Assembly (NCBI GenBank): GCA_964490105.1
Contig: CAZAZU010000001.1
Span: 86,706 to 150,705, forward strand
DNA: 64,000 nucleotides
Direction of reading: 5' to 3'
Origin: an uncultured Gammaproteobacteria bacterium
GTDB lineage: Bacteria > Patescibacteriota > Microgenomatia > Levybacterales > UBA12049
Made by a program: the position numbers and the translations under genes. Numbering within the stretch: position 1 is the first letter of the stretch; each line of letters begins with the position of its first letter. Positions 18,436 through 29,929 of this stretch are shown here, piece by piece. The notes below the pieces were generated by a model, which was given only the letters and a program-made list of their open reading frames with translations, searched no databases and was not told the DNA's origin.

Positions 18436-20109
18436 GTGGAGAGTATTTTTCTTGAACTTACAGTTGTAATTTTTTTAGCTGCAGTCTTGTCTATAATTTT
18501 TCGCTTCTTAAAACAGCCTTCGATTCTCGCATTCATTGTAACAGGAGTGATTGTGGGTCCAGTTGGTTTATTTAATTTTCATAGTCACGAGTTAATGCAG
18601 TCTCTTGCTTCAATTGGAATAACGCTTCTTTTATTTATGATCGGTCTCGAGCTGAATATAAAAGAGCTGAAATCAGTAGGGAAAGTCGCCTTACTAGCAG
18701 GGGTGGGGCAGATGTTTTTTACATCCGTTGCAGGGTTTGGAATTAGTATGCTTCTGGGATTCTCTGCTTTAACATCCATTTATATAGGAATTGCCCTAGC
18801 TTTTTCTTCGACTATTTTAATTATAAAGCTTCTATCTGATAAGAGAGACATTAAAAGTCTTTATGGAAAAATAACCATAGGTATTTTGCTGGTGCAGGAT
18901 TTAATTGCAATTCTTATTTTAATCTTGCTTTCAACCTTTAGCGGTGTTGCGGGTACATCAATTAATTTTTTTGAAATAATCATTGCTCTTTTAAAGGTAA
19001 TAGTTTTATTTGGTTGGGTTATATTTTTGAGTAAAAATATTTTACCAAGAATACTTAACGTGATCGCTCGCTCATCTGAATCTCTTTTCCTGTTTAGTCT
19101 TGCTTGGGTTTTTGGGATTGCAGCATTAGTTAGTTCTCCTATAATCGGTTTTTCAATTGAAATTGGGGGTCTTTTGGCGGGAATTGCATTGGCATCCTCA
19201 ATTGAAAGTTTTCAAATTATCACAAAAATAAAACCTCTTAGGGATTTTTTCATAACTATTTTCTTCGTGACGCTTGGGATGGATTTAGCATTTAATAACA
19301 TTTCTCAAATTCTCGTGTCTGTATCTGTATTCTCTATTTTCGTTTTACTTATTAGCCCAATTATTATAATGATAATTTTAGGATTACTTAAATATAAAAA
19401 AAGAACTTCATTCATGGCGGGAGTTACGCTTGCTCAAATTTCTGAATTTTCTCTCATCATGCTTTATTTAGGAAATAAAATAGGTCATATTTCTGAGGAA
19501 GTTCTCTCCATAATAACTTTTGTGGGAGTTGTGACTTTTGTAATTTCAACTTACTTCATTACCAACAGTAATTATATTTATAAATTTCTATTACCAATTT
19601 TGGGAATTTTTGAAAGAAAAAATATTAATGATCAAAAAGAGCCTGAGGAATTAAAAAATCACACTATTTTAATAGGAGCGAATAGAATGGGGGAGGGAAT
19701 TCTCAATGCGCTTATAAAAAAGAATGCAAAATTTGTAGTTGTAGATTTTGATCCGGATATTATCGAAAAGTTAAATAAAAAAAAGATAAAAACATTCTTC
19801 GGAGATATTTCCGATCCTGAAATTGCACAGGCAGTTAATGTTGAAAAGGCAGATTTAATTATATCTACGGCCTCAGATCCAGAGGACAATCTCCTCCTCC
19901 TAAAAAGTATAAAGAAATTTAAAGATGTTAAGGTGATCGTTGCAGCATTTGATAAGAGGGACGCGAGGGATTTTTATAAAGCAGGAGCTGATTATGTAAT
20001 AATGCCTCATATAGCAGGAGGTAATCATCTAGCAAATATTTTAGTTGCTGATGATCATTTGAAGTTAATTGAGGAGCATAAAGAAAAAGAAAAAGTTTAT
20101 ATTTCGTAA
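18436..20109 (+). CDS. Kef-type cation:proton antiporter (CPA2) with TrkA-N/KTN domain
   Basis: AFSST, QD, RDFF, QISEF motifs; GANRMG Rossmann domain. Confidence 0.9.
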   Translation: MESIFLELTVVIFLAAVLSIIFRFLKQPSILAFIVTGVIVGPVGLFNFHSHELMQSLASIGITLLLFMIGLELNIKELKSVGKVALLAGVGQMFFTSVAGFGISMLLGFSALTSIYIGIALAFSSTILIIKLLSDKRDIKSLYGKITIGILLVQDLIAILILILLSTFSGVAGTSINFFEIIIALLKVIVLFGWVIFLSKNILPRILNVIARSSESLFLFSLAWVFGIAALVSSPIIGFSIEIGGLLAGIALASSIESFQIITKIKPLRDFFITIFFVTLGMDLAFNNISQILVSVSVFSIFVLLISPIIIMIILGLLKYKKRTSFMAGVTLAQISEFSLIMLYLGNKIGHISEEVLSIITFVGVVTFVISTYFITNSNYIYKFLLPILGIFERKNINDQKEPEELKNHTILIGANRMGEGILNALIKKNAKFVVVDFDPDIIEKLNKKKIKTFFGDISDPEIAQAVNVEKADLIISTASDPEDNLLLLKSIKKFKDVKVIVAAFDKRDARDFYKAGADYVIMPHIAGGNHLANILVADDHLKLIEEHKEKEKVYIS

Positions 20110-20984
20110 TCTGCATTTACAATATCTTCAATTTCTCCATCCATAATTTTTGGTAAATTGTGCCAGGATTTATTTATTCTGTGATCCGTTAGGCGATCTT
20201 GCGGAAAGTTAAATGTTCTTATTTTTTCACTTCTCATTCCTCGTCCCACCTGAGTAGATTTAAGTGAGCTAATTTCTGAATGTTGTTTTTCAACTTCAAT
20301 CTCCCAAAGCTTACTGCGTAGCAAATTCATAGCAATTTCTCTATTTTGTCCTTGAAATCTTTCTGTTGAAGCGGTTACCACAATTCCAGTCGGAATATGT
20401 TTGATGCGAACAGCAGTGGATACTTTATTTACATTCTGACCGCCGTGTCCGCCTGATCTATAAGCCTCAAAGCTTATATCTGCTGGATTAATGTGGAGAT
20501 CAATGTCTTCAAGTTCGGGAAGAACAGATACTGTTGCTGTTGATGTGTGAACTCTGCCTCTTTTTTCAGTGGCAGGAATGCGTTGAACTCTGTGAACTCC
20601 TGCTTCATACTTAAAAATATTAAAGGGACCTTTTCCATTATATTTTCCGCTAACTCTCAAAACACCCTCATCTATTTGTTCGAATTTAAGTCCGACTCTT
20701 TCACCAAACCTGGTGTACATTCGAAGTAGTTCATCACCCCACAGCTTAGCTTCTTCTCCTCCTGCAGCACCGCTTGTTTGGAGAATTGCATTTCGGTCAT
20801 CCAGCGAATCTTCTTCATCGTCTTCTGATTGACTATAATTTCCCATGATTTGATCTTTTTGTTTGTTAAGTTCTAGGAGTTCCAGTTCAGCCATTTCTTT
20901 AAAATCAGGATCTGACAAGAGTTGCGAAGTTTCCGCAATTTTTGCGTCAATAGACTCAATTAGGGCTTTTCTGTAATCGTCCAT
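20097..20984 (-). CDS. prfA: Peptide chain release factor 1 (short N-domain)
   Basis: PAT (PxT) anticodon mimic, GGQ motif; downstream of rpmE. Confidence 0.93.
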   Translation of the reverse strand: MDDYRKALIESIDAKIAETSQLLSDPDFKEMAELELLELNKQKDQIMGNYSQSEDDEEDSLDDRNAILQTSGAAGGEEAKLWGDELLRMYTRFGERVGLKFEQIDEGVLRVSGKYNGKGPFNIFKYEAGVHRVQRIPATEKRGRVHTSTATVSVLPELEDIDLHINPADISFEAYRSGGHGGQNVNKVSTAVRIKHIPTGIVVTASTERFQGQNREIAMNLLRSKLWEIEVEKQHSEISSLKSTQVGRGMRSEKIRTFNFPQDRLTDHRINKSWHNLPKIMDGEIEDIVNADYEI

Positions 20985-20990
20985 GTGGAG

Positions 20991-21290
20991 CTAACTTATT
21001 TGCGAAAGCATTTCGCGAAGAGTTTTAGGGGCTTCTGCCTGTTTTCTTTGAGCTTCTTTCTTTTCTTTATTTACAATTTGATATTTCTTAGCATTTTCAG
21101 ATCTTGTTTGGAATTTTTGAATTCTAGAAGCTGTATCTACAAATCTTTGTTCACCGGTATAGAATGGGTGACAGTTAGAGCAAAGTTCCACGTGAATTAC
21201 TTCCTGAGTAGAACCAGTTGTCCATTTGTGTCCGCAAACACAAATTACTTGTGCTTCGTTAAAATACTGTGGGTGAATCGCTTGTTTCAT
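20991..21290 (-). CDS. rpmE: 50S ribosomal protein L31
   Basis: MKQAIHPQY...CVCG...[10 protein letters not shown]; true start 21290 (TATAAT 7 nt upstream). Confidence 0.95.
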   Translation of the reverse strand: MKQAIHPQYFNEAQVICVCGHKWTTGSTQEVIHVELCSNCHPFYTGEQRFVDTASRIQKFQTRSENAKKYQIVNKEKKEAQRKQAEAPKTLREMLSQIS

Positions 21291-21347
21291 TCCATTTATT
21301 ATATCGTAAAACGAGCCTAAAAACAATACTCGTGGTATAATTTTGAA

Positions 21348-21806
21348 ATGAAAAAGAGCAAACAAATTGATGGAGTAGGGGTGGGAGCTGTAATTTTTGA
21401 TGAAAATAATCGGCTTTTTCTTGCAAAAAGAGGAGAAAAAGCCAGAAGTGAACGCGGAAAATGGGAATGTCCAGGTGGGGGGCATGAGCGTTTTGAGACA
21501 TTTAAAGAAACAATAGAAAGAGAATTTAAAGAAGAATTTGGTGCGGAAGTAGAATTTATCAAAACTTTGGGAGTATTGAATCATGTAATTCCTGAGGAAA
21601 ATAAACACTGGGTAGCGATTCCCGCACTTTGTAAATTAAAGAATGGAAATCCAAAAATTCTGGAGCCTGAGAAGTGTGCAGAAATCGGTTGGTTCAGTTT
21701 TTCAGAGATGGAAAAAATGCCACTTTCAGTTTTATTTAAAGATGGCTTGATGAGATTATTAGAAGATTATTTAAATGAAAAAACTGACCGAAAAAGGAAT
21801 AATTAA
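21348..21806 (+). CDS. NUDIX hydrolase
   Basis: Nudix box PGG...E...REFKEEFG; EPEKC. Confidence 0.9.
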   Translation: MKKSKQIDGVGVGAVIFDENNRLFLAKRGEKARSERGKWECPGGGHERFETFKETIEREFKEEFGAEVEFIKTLGVLNHVIPEENKHWVAIPALCKLKNGNPKILEPEKCAEIGWFSFSEMEKMPLSVLFKDGLMRLLEDYLNEKTDRKRNN

Positions 21807-22356
21807 TTTAATTGAAAACGATCCATGGATGATGGATGTTCTTAGAGCAGCTGAGAGTTTAAAGCTTCCCGATTGCTGGGTTGGGGGAGGCTTTATAAGA
21901 AGTAAGGTTTGGGACTATCTACATAATTACACTGAGAGAACTCCACTTCCTGATATTGACGTTGTTTACCTCGATTCAAAAGACTTTATAAAAGATGAAG
22001 CGCAGCATCACTCAACAAAAAAGGAAAAAGAATATGAATCAAAACTTAACGAATTAATGCCGGGTAATATTTGGTCTGTAACAAATCAAGCAAGGATGCA
22101 TCTTTATCACAATAAGTCTCCATATAAAACTTCAAAAGACGCCATGAGAGACTGGGTAGAGACTGCAACTGGAATAGGCGCAAGGATTAATAAAAAAAAT
22201 GAAGTTGAATTAATTGCGGCGTGGGGAATTGATGACCTTGTCAATTTAATCTTAAGGCCTTCTGAAACAAAAACTGACAGATTAAGAGAATTTAATAGAC
22301 GAATAAAAACAAAAAAGTGGTTGGAAAAATGGCCGAAGTTAAGAGTGGTTTCTTAA
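21775..22356 (+). CDS. Nucleotidyltransferase family protein (DUF925-like)
   Basis: GGFIRSKVWD, DIDVVY, NQARMH, KWLEKWP. Confidence 0.85.
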   Translation: MKKLTEKGIINLIENDPWMMDVLRAAESLKLPDCWVGGGFIRSKVWDYLHNYTERTPLPDIDVVYLDSKDFIKDEAQHHSTKKEKEYESKLNELMPGNIWSVTNQARMHLYHNKSPYKTSKDAMRDWVETATGIGARINKKNEVELIAAWGIDDLVNLILRPSETKTDRLREFNRRIKTKKWLEKWPKLRVVS

Positions 22357-23253
22357 TTTGTGAAATGGATGATAATGAAGACGTCCCTCTGAGATAAAAA
22401 TTCCCAGGAATACAAATACAGCGCCAGCTAAATATAATGGTGTGATTTCTTCATGAAGAAGCGGAACTGCGACGACGATTGTTGCGACCGGGTCTACATA
22501 GGTGAAAACTCCCACCTCAGAAGCTTTTATAAATTTAATTCCATATGCATAAATTGAATGTGCAATAGCTGTCGCAAGTACAGCTCCAAAAAATATTCCA
22601 ATAATTATTTTCATGTTAATGTCTGATGTCCAATGCGTTTGGTTAAGTTCTATAAAGAAAAATGGAAGAAGGGGGAGGGAACCGATTAAAAATTGCCAAA
22701 ATGCGATAGGAAGTGGTTTGTATTTCGGCATAATCTTTTTTAGTAAAAGCGCGTGAATAACTGAAGTGATCGCAGCTCCGACTAAAAACAAATTTCCCAA
22801 AACACTTCCGTCCAGGCCTTCTTTAAAAACAGGAAGTATTACGATTAAAAGAACACCGATCAAGCTGACAAGTGTTCCAAGTACCACTTTTCTTTTAAGT
22901 TTTTCTTTTAAATAAAGGAAGGATCCGATAATTAAAACGACAGGTCCAGCAGACATTATGATTGGGGCATTGATACTTGATGATAATTTGAGTCCTAAGA
23001 TTAAAAGCGAAATTGAAATTGTAATTCCGACGAAAGACATTAGGAATAAATCCCACCAATCTTCTCGTTCAACTTTTAAATCTTTATATACGAAGGGAAG
23101 TAAAATTAATGCGCCTATATAAAAACGTAAAAAAACAAACGTAAGAGAGGGGATATCATCAAGTGCCCATTTATAAATAGGGAATGAAGCTCCCCAAATA
23201 ACATTGGCAATAATTAACGCTAAAATGGATAATTGGATTTTACCTAATTGCAT
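22339..23253 (-). CDS. DMT/EamA family transporter
   Basis: About 10 TM helices; IWG and two EamA repeats. Confidence 0.9.
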   Translation of the reverse strand: MQLGKIQLSILALIIANVIWGASFPIYKWALDDIPSLTFVFLRFYIGALILLPFVYKDLKVEREDWWDLFLMSFVGITISISLLILGLKLSSSINAPIIMSAGPVVLIIGSFLYLKEKLKRKVVLGTLVSLIGVLLIVILPVFKEGLDGSVLGNLFLVGAAITSVIHALLLKKIMPKYKPLPIAFWQFLIGSLPLLPFFFIELNQTHWTSDINMKIIIGIFFGAVLATAIAHSIYAYGIKFIKASEVGVFTYVDPVATIVVAVPLLHEEITPLYLAGAVFVFLGIFISEGRLHYHPFHKLRNHS

Positions 23254-24448
23254 CGGACAGTTGATCTAGGGTAATTTCTTTTTTCTCTCCAGTTATCATG
23301 TTTTTTAGAGTGAGGGATTCTTCTACGATTAAAACATATGGGATACTTTTTTTGTCAGCGTATTTAAGTTGTTTGTCTAAATCTTTTTCATCAATGTATA
23401 ATTCTGTTTTAATTCCTTTTTCTCGAAGTGTATTTGCAATTTTTGGAGAGTTTGGATTTGTGTTCGTAACTAAAATTTTAGCCTCTTCTAAATCAGGAGG
23501 GAAGATGCCTAGCTCTGTCATTGCTTCCATGACTCTATCAAAACCAAAAGCAAATCCTACAGCGGGAATTTGAGAATCACTAAACATTCCAATTAAATTA
23601 TCATATCTTCCGCCGCCGCCTACAGATCCTACCCCGTATCCATCTACCTCAACTTCAATTATTATCCCGGTGTAGTAATCTAGACCTCTTGCTAGAGTTG
23701 GAACAAATTCCATTCTTTCTCTATCAACTCCCATTTTTTCTGCCTGGTTAATTATCTCTAAAATATTATTTGTAGGATTCATGCTCTCAAATTTTTGTAA
23801 AATATAATTTGAGTAATCAGATTCAAAACCACTGCTGATTAATTCATCAAGAACTCCTTCTTTTCCAATTTTTTTAATTTTATCAATCGCCCTAATCATT
23901 TTTGGAAGATTTTCGTCAGTAACAATTCCATCTTTTTTTAATTCTGAAAAAGTTTGTCTGTCATTAAGAAGTATCTTGAAATTTTTAAAACCTAATCTTT
24001 TATATCCTTCTGCGATTAACGCGATTATTTCTGAATCTGCTAAGAGGGAAGTGGAGCCGACAGTGTCGATATCTACTTGAAGAAATTCCCTGAAGCGTCC
24101 TTTTTGCGTGTTTTCTGCGCGATAAACATTTTGGATTTGATACCTTTTAAATGGAAGAGGGAGGTCATTTTGGTATTGAGCTACAACTCTAGCAAGTGGC
24201 ACTGTTTGGTCATATCGCATCGCAACACGTCTCTTTCCATTATCTACGAATTTGTACATTAATTTATCTCCTTCGTCTCCATATTTTCCTGATAAAATTT
24301 CTTCGTATTCTAATGCTGGAGTTTCAAGCGGTTCAAAACCATAAGACTCAAACACCTCCTTTAAGATGTTTAAAACGTAGGCCCTTTTTCTTGCGTCATT
24401 TGGCAAGAAATCTCGGAAGCCTTTTAATGTTCTAGGTTCAACTTTCAT
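23240..24448 (-). CDS. hisS: Histidine--tRNA ligase
   Basis: KGFRDF, RYDQTVP, GRFREF, ARGLDYYTG, GGGRYD. Confidence 0.97.
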   Translation of the reverse strand: MKVEPRTLKGFRDFLPNDARKRAYVLNILKEVFESYGFEPLETPALEYEEILSGKYGDEGDKLMYKFVDNGKRRVAMRYDQTVPLARVVAQYQNDLPLPFKRYQIQNVYRAENTQKGRFREFLQVDIDTVGSTSLLADSEIIALIAEGYKRLGFKNFKILLNDRQTFSELKKDGIVTDENLPKMIRAIDKIKKIGKEGVLDELISSGFESDYSNYILQKFESMNPTNNILEIINQAEKMGVDRERMEFVPTLARGLDYYTGIIIEVEVDGYGVGSVGGGGRYDNLIGMFSDSQIPAVGFAFGFDRVMEAMTELGIFPPDLEEAKILVTNTNPNSPKIANTLREKGIKTELYIDEKDLDKQLKYADKKSIPYVLIVEESLTLKNMITGEKKEITLDQLSDAIR

Positions 24449-24495
24449 AGAAGTATTGTACCATGAAGAAATTTGGTTCGAAAGATGTGGGCAAT

Positions 24496-25500
24496 TTAAT
24501 CTTCTCTTTCTTTAAAGTAAAAATTGTAGTATTCGCGGCCAACTATGAGAATTATACTGGCAACAGGAATTGCGAAAACTGCGCCGGTCGCACCAGCTAC
24601 TTTTAGTCCAATTAGAAGAGAAAGGATTACTATTACAGGATTTATATTAAATGCACTTCCGATAATTTTTGGTCCTAAGGCATTAAAGATAAATTGCTGA
24701 ATCGCGAAAATAATCAAAAATATAATTAAGGCTTGATCGGGACTATCAATTAACGCAACTAGCAGGGGAGGGATAACTCCTATTATAGGGCCAATTACTG
24801 GAACAGCTGTTAGGATGCCTGCTATTAAAGATGTGGATCCTGCGAAATTTATTCCAAATAGAGTTAATACTATCCAAGTGATTACTCCTCCTATTACACC
24901 CCAGAGGATTTGAATTCTAACAAATGATGCAAATGACTGATTGATAACTTTTTGTACAAATCTAATTTCTCCGTGATATTTTCTGGGTGTTAGGGCAAAC
25001 AATCTTTTATTTAGATTATCTTTATCTATAACTAGATAGAAAGAAAGAATTAAGATCGTTACTAAATTTACCAGGAATTGAGTAACTGAAGGAATAACAT
25101 TTGTATAATTTCCAAGAGATTTTGTAAAATTATCTATTCCGTCAGCCACAACCGGGGGCGCATTTTGTTTAAATGTTGGAAGTAACTGCTCAAGAGTTTT
25201 AAGTTGGATAGCTAAATCAGGAATAAAAGCTATAAAAGCGAGTCCAATTAGTATCGCAGCTAATACAAAGACTATAACAGTTGAAATTATTCTTGGAACT
25301 TTTAAATAATTTGTAAAGATATCAACAAAAGGTTCCAGAATAAAGCTAACCAGCCAGCCGAAGAAAATAATTATTATTATGTCTGAAAAATCCCTGAGAA
25401 ATTTGACTACATATTCAAAAAGATAAAGTCCAACTGCTATGGTTCCAAGTGAAATTAGAAGTTTTAAAGATGAGAGATCTTTTTTTAGTTCGTCGAGCAT
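24496..25500 (-). CDS. AI-2E family transporter
   Basis: Multi-TM; PVIGP, PKIIG, GAVFAIP. Confidence 0.88.
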   Translation of the reverse strand: MLDELKKDLSSLKLLISLGTIAVGLYLFEYVVKFLRDFSDIIIIIFFGWLVSFILEPFVDIFTNYLKVPRIISTVIVFVLAAILIGLAFIAFIPDLAIQLKTLEQLLPTFKQNAPPVVADGIDNFTKSLGNYTNVIPSVTQFLVNLVTILILSFYLVIDKDNLNKRLFALTPRKYHGEIRFVQKVINQSFASFVRIQILWGVIGGVITWIVLTLFGINFAGSTSLIAGILTAVPVIGPIIGVIPPLLVALIDSPDQALIIFLIIFAIQQFIFNALGPKIIGSAFNINPVIVILSLLIGLKVAGATGAVFAIPVASIILIVGREYYNFYFKERED

Positions 25501-25504
25501 ATAG

Positions 25505-26557
25505 TTATAGCTCTATTATTTCTCTATTTGAATGAGAAATCAACTCTGCCTTTCCGTTCCTAACTAGTACTAAATCCTCGATTCTGACTCCGCCAAAATC
25601 AGGAAAATAAATTCCGGGCTCTACAGAGAAAATCATATTATTTTTGATTATGTCCTTGGAGTTAGGAGAAATATAAGGTGTTTCATGCACCTCAACTCCT
25701 ATACCATGTCCAACGGAATGGGGAATACTTGGGAATTTGTGTTTGATAATATATTCACGCGCTGTTTTATCAATTGTAGATGCATTAGTATTTAATTTTA
25801 TTCTTTTAATAGCTTCAGTCTGTGCATTAAAAACCGCTTTATGCATTTTTTTGAATTTTTCCGGAGCTTTGCCAAAATAAATGGTGCGGGACATATCGGA
25901 ACAATAATTATTTATTTTTACGCCAAAATCTATGAGAATTATTTGATTCTTCTTAAGCTTGCCGTCACTTGTCTGGTGATGGGGAACTGCGGAACTTTTT
26001 CCAAATGCGATAATTGACCTAAATGAAGTTTCTGCGTTTTTTTCTTTTATAAAATTTTCAATTAGATTGGCAATTTCTTTTTCACTTGCTCCAAGTTTTA
26101 TATTTTTTAGTATATAACTAAATGTTTGATCCGCGATTTTGCAAGCGAGTTTTATGTTTTCAATCTCTTCACTAGTTTTAATTATTCTAAGTTTTCTTAG
26201 ATCAACAGGTTTAAGATTAACTACTTTTTTAAATGCATTAAATTCTGTGACAGTTAGATTATTTTCCTCAAATCCAACTGTTTTTATTTTTAGTTTTTTA
26301 AATAATTCTTCTGATTTATTTTCTAAGAAATTGTGAAGGCCGCTATCAATTACATTGAAAGACTTAACCTGTTTTTTAACTGCCTCAGAATATCTTTTAT
26401 CTGTAATTAAAAAATTAGATTTTTTAGTAATTAGGAGGATGCACTCTCTTTCTGTTTCAGAAAAACCCGAGTAATTTGTTAAGTAAACTATGTTTGCTTG
26501 TGAGGAAATTAAGATAGCGTCGATTGTTTCTAAAATCTTTTTAAACTTTTGGTTCAT
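25505..26557 (-). CDS. Xaa-Pro aminopeptidase (M24)
   Basis: PHH, DFG, SDMSRT, HSVGHG, EPGIY, GVRIED. Confidence 0.95.
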   Translation of the reverse strand: MNQKFKKILETIDAILISSQANIVYLTNYSGFSETERECILLITKKSNFLITDKRYSEAVKKQVKSFNVIDSGLHNFLENKSEELFKKLKIKTVGFEENNLTVTEFNAFKKVVNLKPVDLRKLRIIKTSEEIENIKLACKIADQTFSYILKNIKLGASEKEIANLIENFIKEKNAETSFRSIIAFGKSSAVPHHQTSDGKLKKNQIILIDFGVKINNYCSDMSRTIYFGKAPEKFKKMHKAVFNAQTEAIKRIKLNTNASTIDKTAREYIIKHKFPSIPHSVGHGIGVEVHETPYISPNSKDIIKNNMIFSVEPGIYFPDFGGVRIEDLVLVRNGKAELISHSNREIIEL

Positions 26558-27309
26558 TCTTCCTCTTCTTCTGGGGTAGGGGTGGGAGTGGATTTAGTTT
26601 CATTATCAACTACCTGAATCTTAGGATTTTTTGGGAGGTCGGGGAAAGTAATAATTCTAGAGGCAGTGAGCCTATTATTTTCTTTAGGATCTAGAAATCC
26701 AATTACTATGCTATTTTGCATTTTTTCGATTTTAGAAAATCCTGACGTTTCTAACTCGCCGTCATTATACGAGAAGGATTTTGTAATTTTTTCTATATCA
26801 ACTACATATTCTTTTCCATCTTCTGTCAGAAGTGTTACTGTGAATTTATCTTCGTCTGTTTCTGAAATTACTCCATGAAGAAATAATGGAATATTTTTTT
26901 CATTTACAAAACGGGCGAGAAGTCTATGAGACTCTTTGTTATAAAGTCCTAGTGCAGCAATTCGGGAACCCCTTTTTATATCAGATATTCCAAATGAATT
27001 ATCATCCTCTGAAGAAAATTTAGTTAGTTCATCTACATCAATAATTCTTGTTTTATTATTCAAATCATTTACAGTAATTTGCGTATCGGAAACATCTTCT
27101 ACTACTCCTATGATTCCTCTTCTTTCAATAAGATTAAGTTCTGCTACACGAGAGGCCACTTTATCTTTTAATGCGTCTACTTTGTCAGAAATTTTTTCAA
27201 TTTCATCACTCGTAGGAATTACATTTTTAGTTGGAGCCTTTGTTTGTCCGTATGCATGAGGAATAGATACAGCAAATAATATTAATGTAATTATTAAAAT
27301 TCTAATCAT
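26554..27309 (-). CDS. Secreted protein with two OB-like (DUF5666-like) repeats
   Basis: Signal peptide; duplicated G-V-E/S...T.F...IK.G pattern. Confidence 0.6.
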   Translation of the reverse strand: MIRILIITLILFAVSIPHAYGQTKAPTKNVIPTSDEIEKISDKVDALKDKVASRVAELNLIERRGIIGVVEDVSDTQITVNDLNNKTRIIDVDELTKFSSEDDNSFGISDIKRGSRIAALGLYNKESHRLLARFVNEKNIPLFLHGVISETDEDKFTVTLLTEDGKEYVVDIEKITKSFSYNDGELETSGFSKIEKMQNSIVIGFLDPKENNRLTASRIITFPDLPKNPKIQVVDNETKSTPTPTPEEEEE

Positions 27310-27311
27310 AT

Positions 27312-27737
27312 TTAAAAAGTTTCTGTTGAATAAGTCACCGTAAGCTTTGTTTTAGCTATTTCACCATTTTCTGCTATCGCACTGATTTCAATAATATTTT
27401 CTCCATCATCTAGTGAAATTTCTGTTGAGAAATTCCCATTACTTGCAGCAACTGCTGCTTCTTCGTTAGTTTCCGTAAGTACTACTATTTTAGCATTGGG
27501 GACCGTTTTTCCGGAAATAGTAATTATTCGTTCGTCCGTTACTTCCTCATCTCTTGGCCGTTCTACGGTGACAAAAACAGAAGAGCTGGGTGAAGGTGTA
27601 GGATTTTCTATGGTGATTTTCTTAATATCAGATGGGTCTACTTTTTTCGTTGATTGGTAGATGAAAAAAGCGCCAATAGCCACAGCAATTCCAATTAAGG
27701 CAGCGATAAAAGAAAGAATAATTTTTTCTTTTTTCAT
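27312..27737 (-). CDS. TM-anchored Ig-like domain protein
   Basis: TM; ISGKT...GNFS..I.L.DGEN.I.I.A Ig-fold pattern. Confidence 0.7.
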   Translation of the reverse strand: MKKEKIILSFIAALIGIAVAIGAFFIYQSTKKVDPSDIKKITIENPTPSPSSSVFVTVERPRDEEVTDERIITISGKTVPNAKIVVLTETNEEAAVAASNGNFSTEISLDDGENIIEISAIAENGEIAKTKLTVTYSTETF

Positions 27738-27857
27738 AAGACCGAGGATTTATCCTGCCATGCTTAAAGAAAAGCAAAAGACACTCTAAAGTAAGGCTCA
27801 TGATACTACTTAAATAATTATCTTGTCAAGAAAACTTACACATGGTAGGATATGCAA

Positions 27858-28382
27858 ATGGATGTAATCTTGCTTAATGAAAATACATTAAAAATTAAGG
27901 GCAAAAACGCCTCAATTATCATAAATCCCTCAACTTCTACCTCAAAAACAGAAGCAGATGCGATAATTCTACTTAAAAGTGATTTGAGTTTTAATCCAGA
28001 TAAGATTGAAGGAAGCAGAATTACCATAAAAGGTCCTGGGGAATATGAAATAAGCGGTGTAAAAATATCTACTACTAGAGTTGAAGAGGATCAGGTAGCA
28101 AGAGTTGATGTAGACAACGTTAAAGTACTAGTAGGAAATGGATCAGCGATAGAAAAAATCCACGATAAGATCGAAGAGGCACAAGTTGTTGTAATTAACT
28201 CAGATGAAGAATTTAACCACTCTATTCTTACATCGCTTGAGCCGAATGTTTTATTAGTTTACGGAGCAAAAAGGACAGAAGTTGCAAAATCGCTTGGAAA
28301 AGACGAAGCAGCTAGTGCCAGTAAATATTCAACATCTTCAGACAAACTCCCTGCGGAAATGGAAGTAATATTATTAGGCTAA
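27858..28382 (+). CDS. Degenerate MBL-fold (Zn hydrolase-like) protein
   Basis: IKGK, INP, GPGEYEISGV pattern; no HxHxDH; TAGGAT 6 nt before ATG 27858. Confidence 0.6.
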   Translation: MDVILLNENTLKIKGKNASIIINPSTSTSKTEADAIILLKSDLSFNPDKIEGSRITIKGPGEYEISGVKISTTRVEEDQVARVDVDNVKVLVGNGSAIEKIHDKIEEAQVVVINSDEEFNHSILTSLEPNVLLVYGAKRTEVAKSLGKDEAASASKYSTSSDKLPAEMEVILLG

Positions 28383-28456
28383 ATTCAAAGATTTTTAGTT
28401 TGCTACTGTTTGAGTCATTGTTTTTTCAAGAGTGTTGATTTATCATTTTAAAACTT

Positions 28457-29809
28457 ATGGCTACATCAAAAGTTCCACCTCATAGTGAAGAAGCAGAGCA
28501 AAGCGTATTAGGAGCAATTCTCATGAGTAAGGATTCAATTGGGCTTATTTCCGAAAAATTAAAACCCAAAGATTTTTATGATGATAATAATGGGAAAATT
28601 TTTGAAGCCATGCTATCTCTTCATGATCGAGCAAAACCGATTGATTTATTAACGCTAACCAAGGAGTTAAAAAGCCTTAAAGCAAAAGTAGATGCATCTT
28701 ATTTAACAGATCTTTTAAATGCAGTCCCAACAGCTGCAAACATTGAACACTATGCGCAAATTATTCAGGAGGATTCAATGAAAAGATCTCTTATAAGCTT
28801 GGGTTCAAATATAGCTGAAATGGGTTTTATGGAGGATAAAGAAGCTGAGGATTTATTGGATAAAGCAGAGGCTTCAGTTTTTGCAATTACTCAGGGACAT
28901 ACGATAAAAGGTTTCGTTCCAATTAAAGCTGGATTAGCTGAAAGTTTTGACAGAATCGATGAATTACATAAATCAGGAGCAGGGTTAAGGGGTGTAAAAA
29001 CTGGTTTTACAGATTTAGATAATCTTCTTTCTGGAATGCAGGCTTCAAATTTATTAATTCTGGCTGCGCGTCCGGGACAGGGAAAAACTGCTTTTGTTGT
29101 TAATATGTCGCAGCATATAGCGGTTAATGAAAAAAAATCTGTGGGTATTTTTTCCCTAGAAATGAGCCAAGAGGAATTAGTGGATCGTCTTTTGGTGGGC
29201 CAGGCTGATGTGGATGCCTGGAGACTTAAAACGGGACGCCTTACTGAGTCTGACTTTACAAAACTTTCTGAAGCAATGGGTGTATTAGCTGATGCGCCTA
29301 TTTATATAGATGACACTCCCGGAATTTCTGTTTCACAAATTAGAACTAAAGCAAGAAGGCTTCAGCTGGAGCATAATGTATCAATTATAATTGTTGATTA
29401 CCTTCAGTTAGTAGATCCAGGAAAGCATTATGATAACAGGGTTCAGGAAGTTTCAATTGTTTCTCAGGCTCTGAAAAATCTAGCTCGTGAATTAAAAATT
29501 CCAGTTTTAGCACTATCTCAGCTTTCCCGTGCAGTAGAGCATAGAGGAGAGAAAAAACCGCAGCTCGCTGATCTTAGAGAGTCGGGAGCTATCGAGCAGG
29601 ATGCTGACGTAGTTATGTTTTTATATAGACCTGATGCTGAAATAGCGGATGTAATGCAGACTAAGTTGTCTGTAGCTAAGCACAGAAATGGACCTCAGGG
29701 AGAGGTGGACCTTCTATTTAGAGGGGACAGAATTAGATTTTATAATATGGATAGAAAGAGAGAGGAAATACCGGTTCCCCAAGCTCCAACGCAATCAACA
29801 GTTATTTAA
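28457..29809 (+). CDS. dnaB: Replicative DNA helicase
   Basis: PPHSEEAEQSVLG, ARPGQGKT, DYLQL, LSQLSR, DLRESGAIEQDAD. Confidence 0.98.
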   Translation: MATSKVPPHSEEAEQSVLGAILMSKDSIGLISEKLKPKDFYDDNNGKIFEAMLSLHDRAKPIDLLTLTKELKSLKAKVDASYLTDLLNAVPTAANIEHYAQIIQEDSMKRSLISLGSNIAEMGFMEDKEAEDLLDKAEASVFAITQGHTIKGFVPIKAGLAESFDRIDELHKSGAGLRGVKTGFTDLDNLLSGMQASNLLILAARPGQGKTAFVVNMSQHIAVNEKKSVGIFSLEMSQEELVDRLLVGQADVDAWRLKTGRLTESDFTKLSEAMGVLADAPIYIDDTPGISVSQIRTKARRLQLEHNVSIIIVDYLQLVDPGKHYDNRVQEVSIVSQALKNLARELKIPVLALSQLSRAVEHRGEKKPQLADLRESGAIEQDADVVMFLYRPDAEIADVMQTKLSVAKHRNGPQGEVDLLFRGDRIRFYNMDRKREEIPVPQAPTQSTVI

Positions 29810-29929
29810 ATATTTTTTAACATCACAAAATCCACAGATGCGATTGATATATTTACATTTTTTATTAAGATCGATATGATAGGGAAATCAAGCCCTTGAA
29901 GTAATTCAAGGCGGAAGGGGGTGAATGTT

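Noticed and set aside
21291-21608. 106 aa N-terminal extension of L31 in the ORF track
   Set aside because: Antisense to the NUDIX gene; the canonical L31 start with a -10 element is at 21290.
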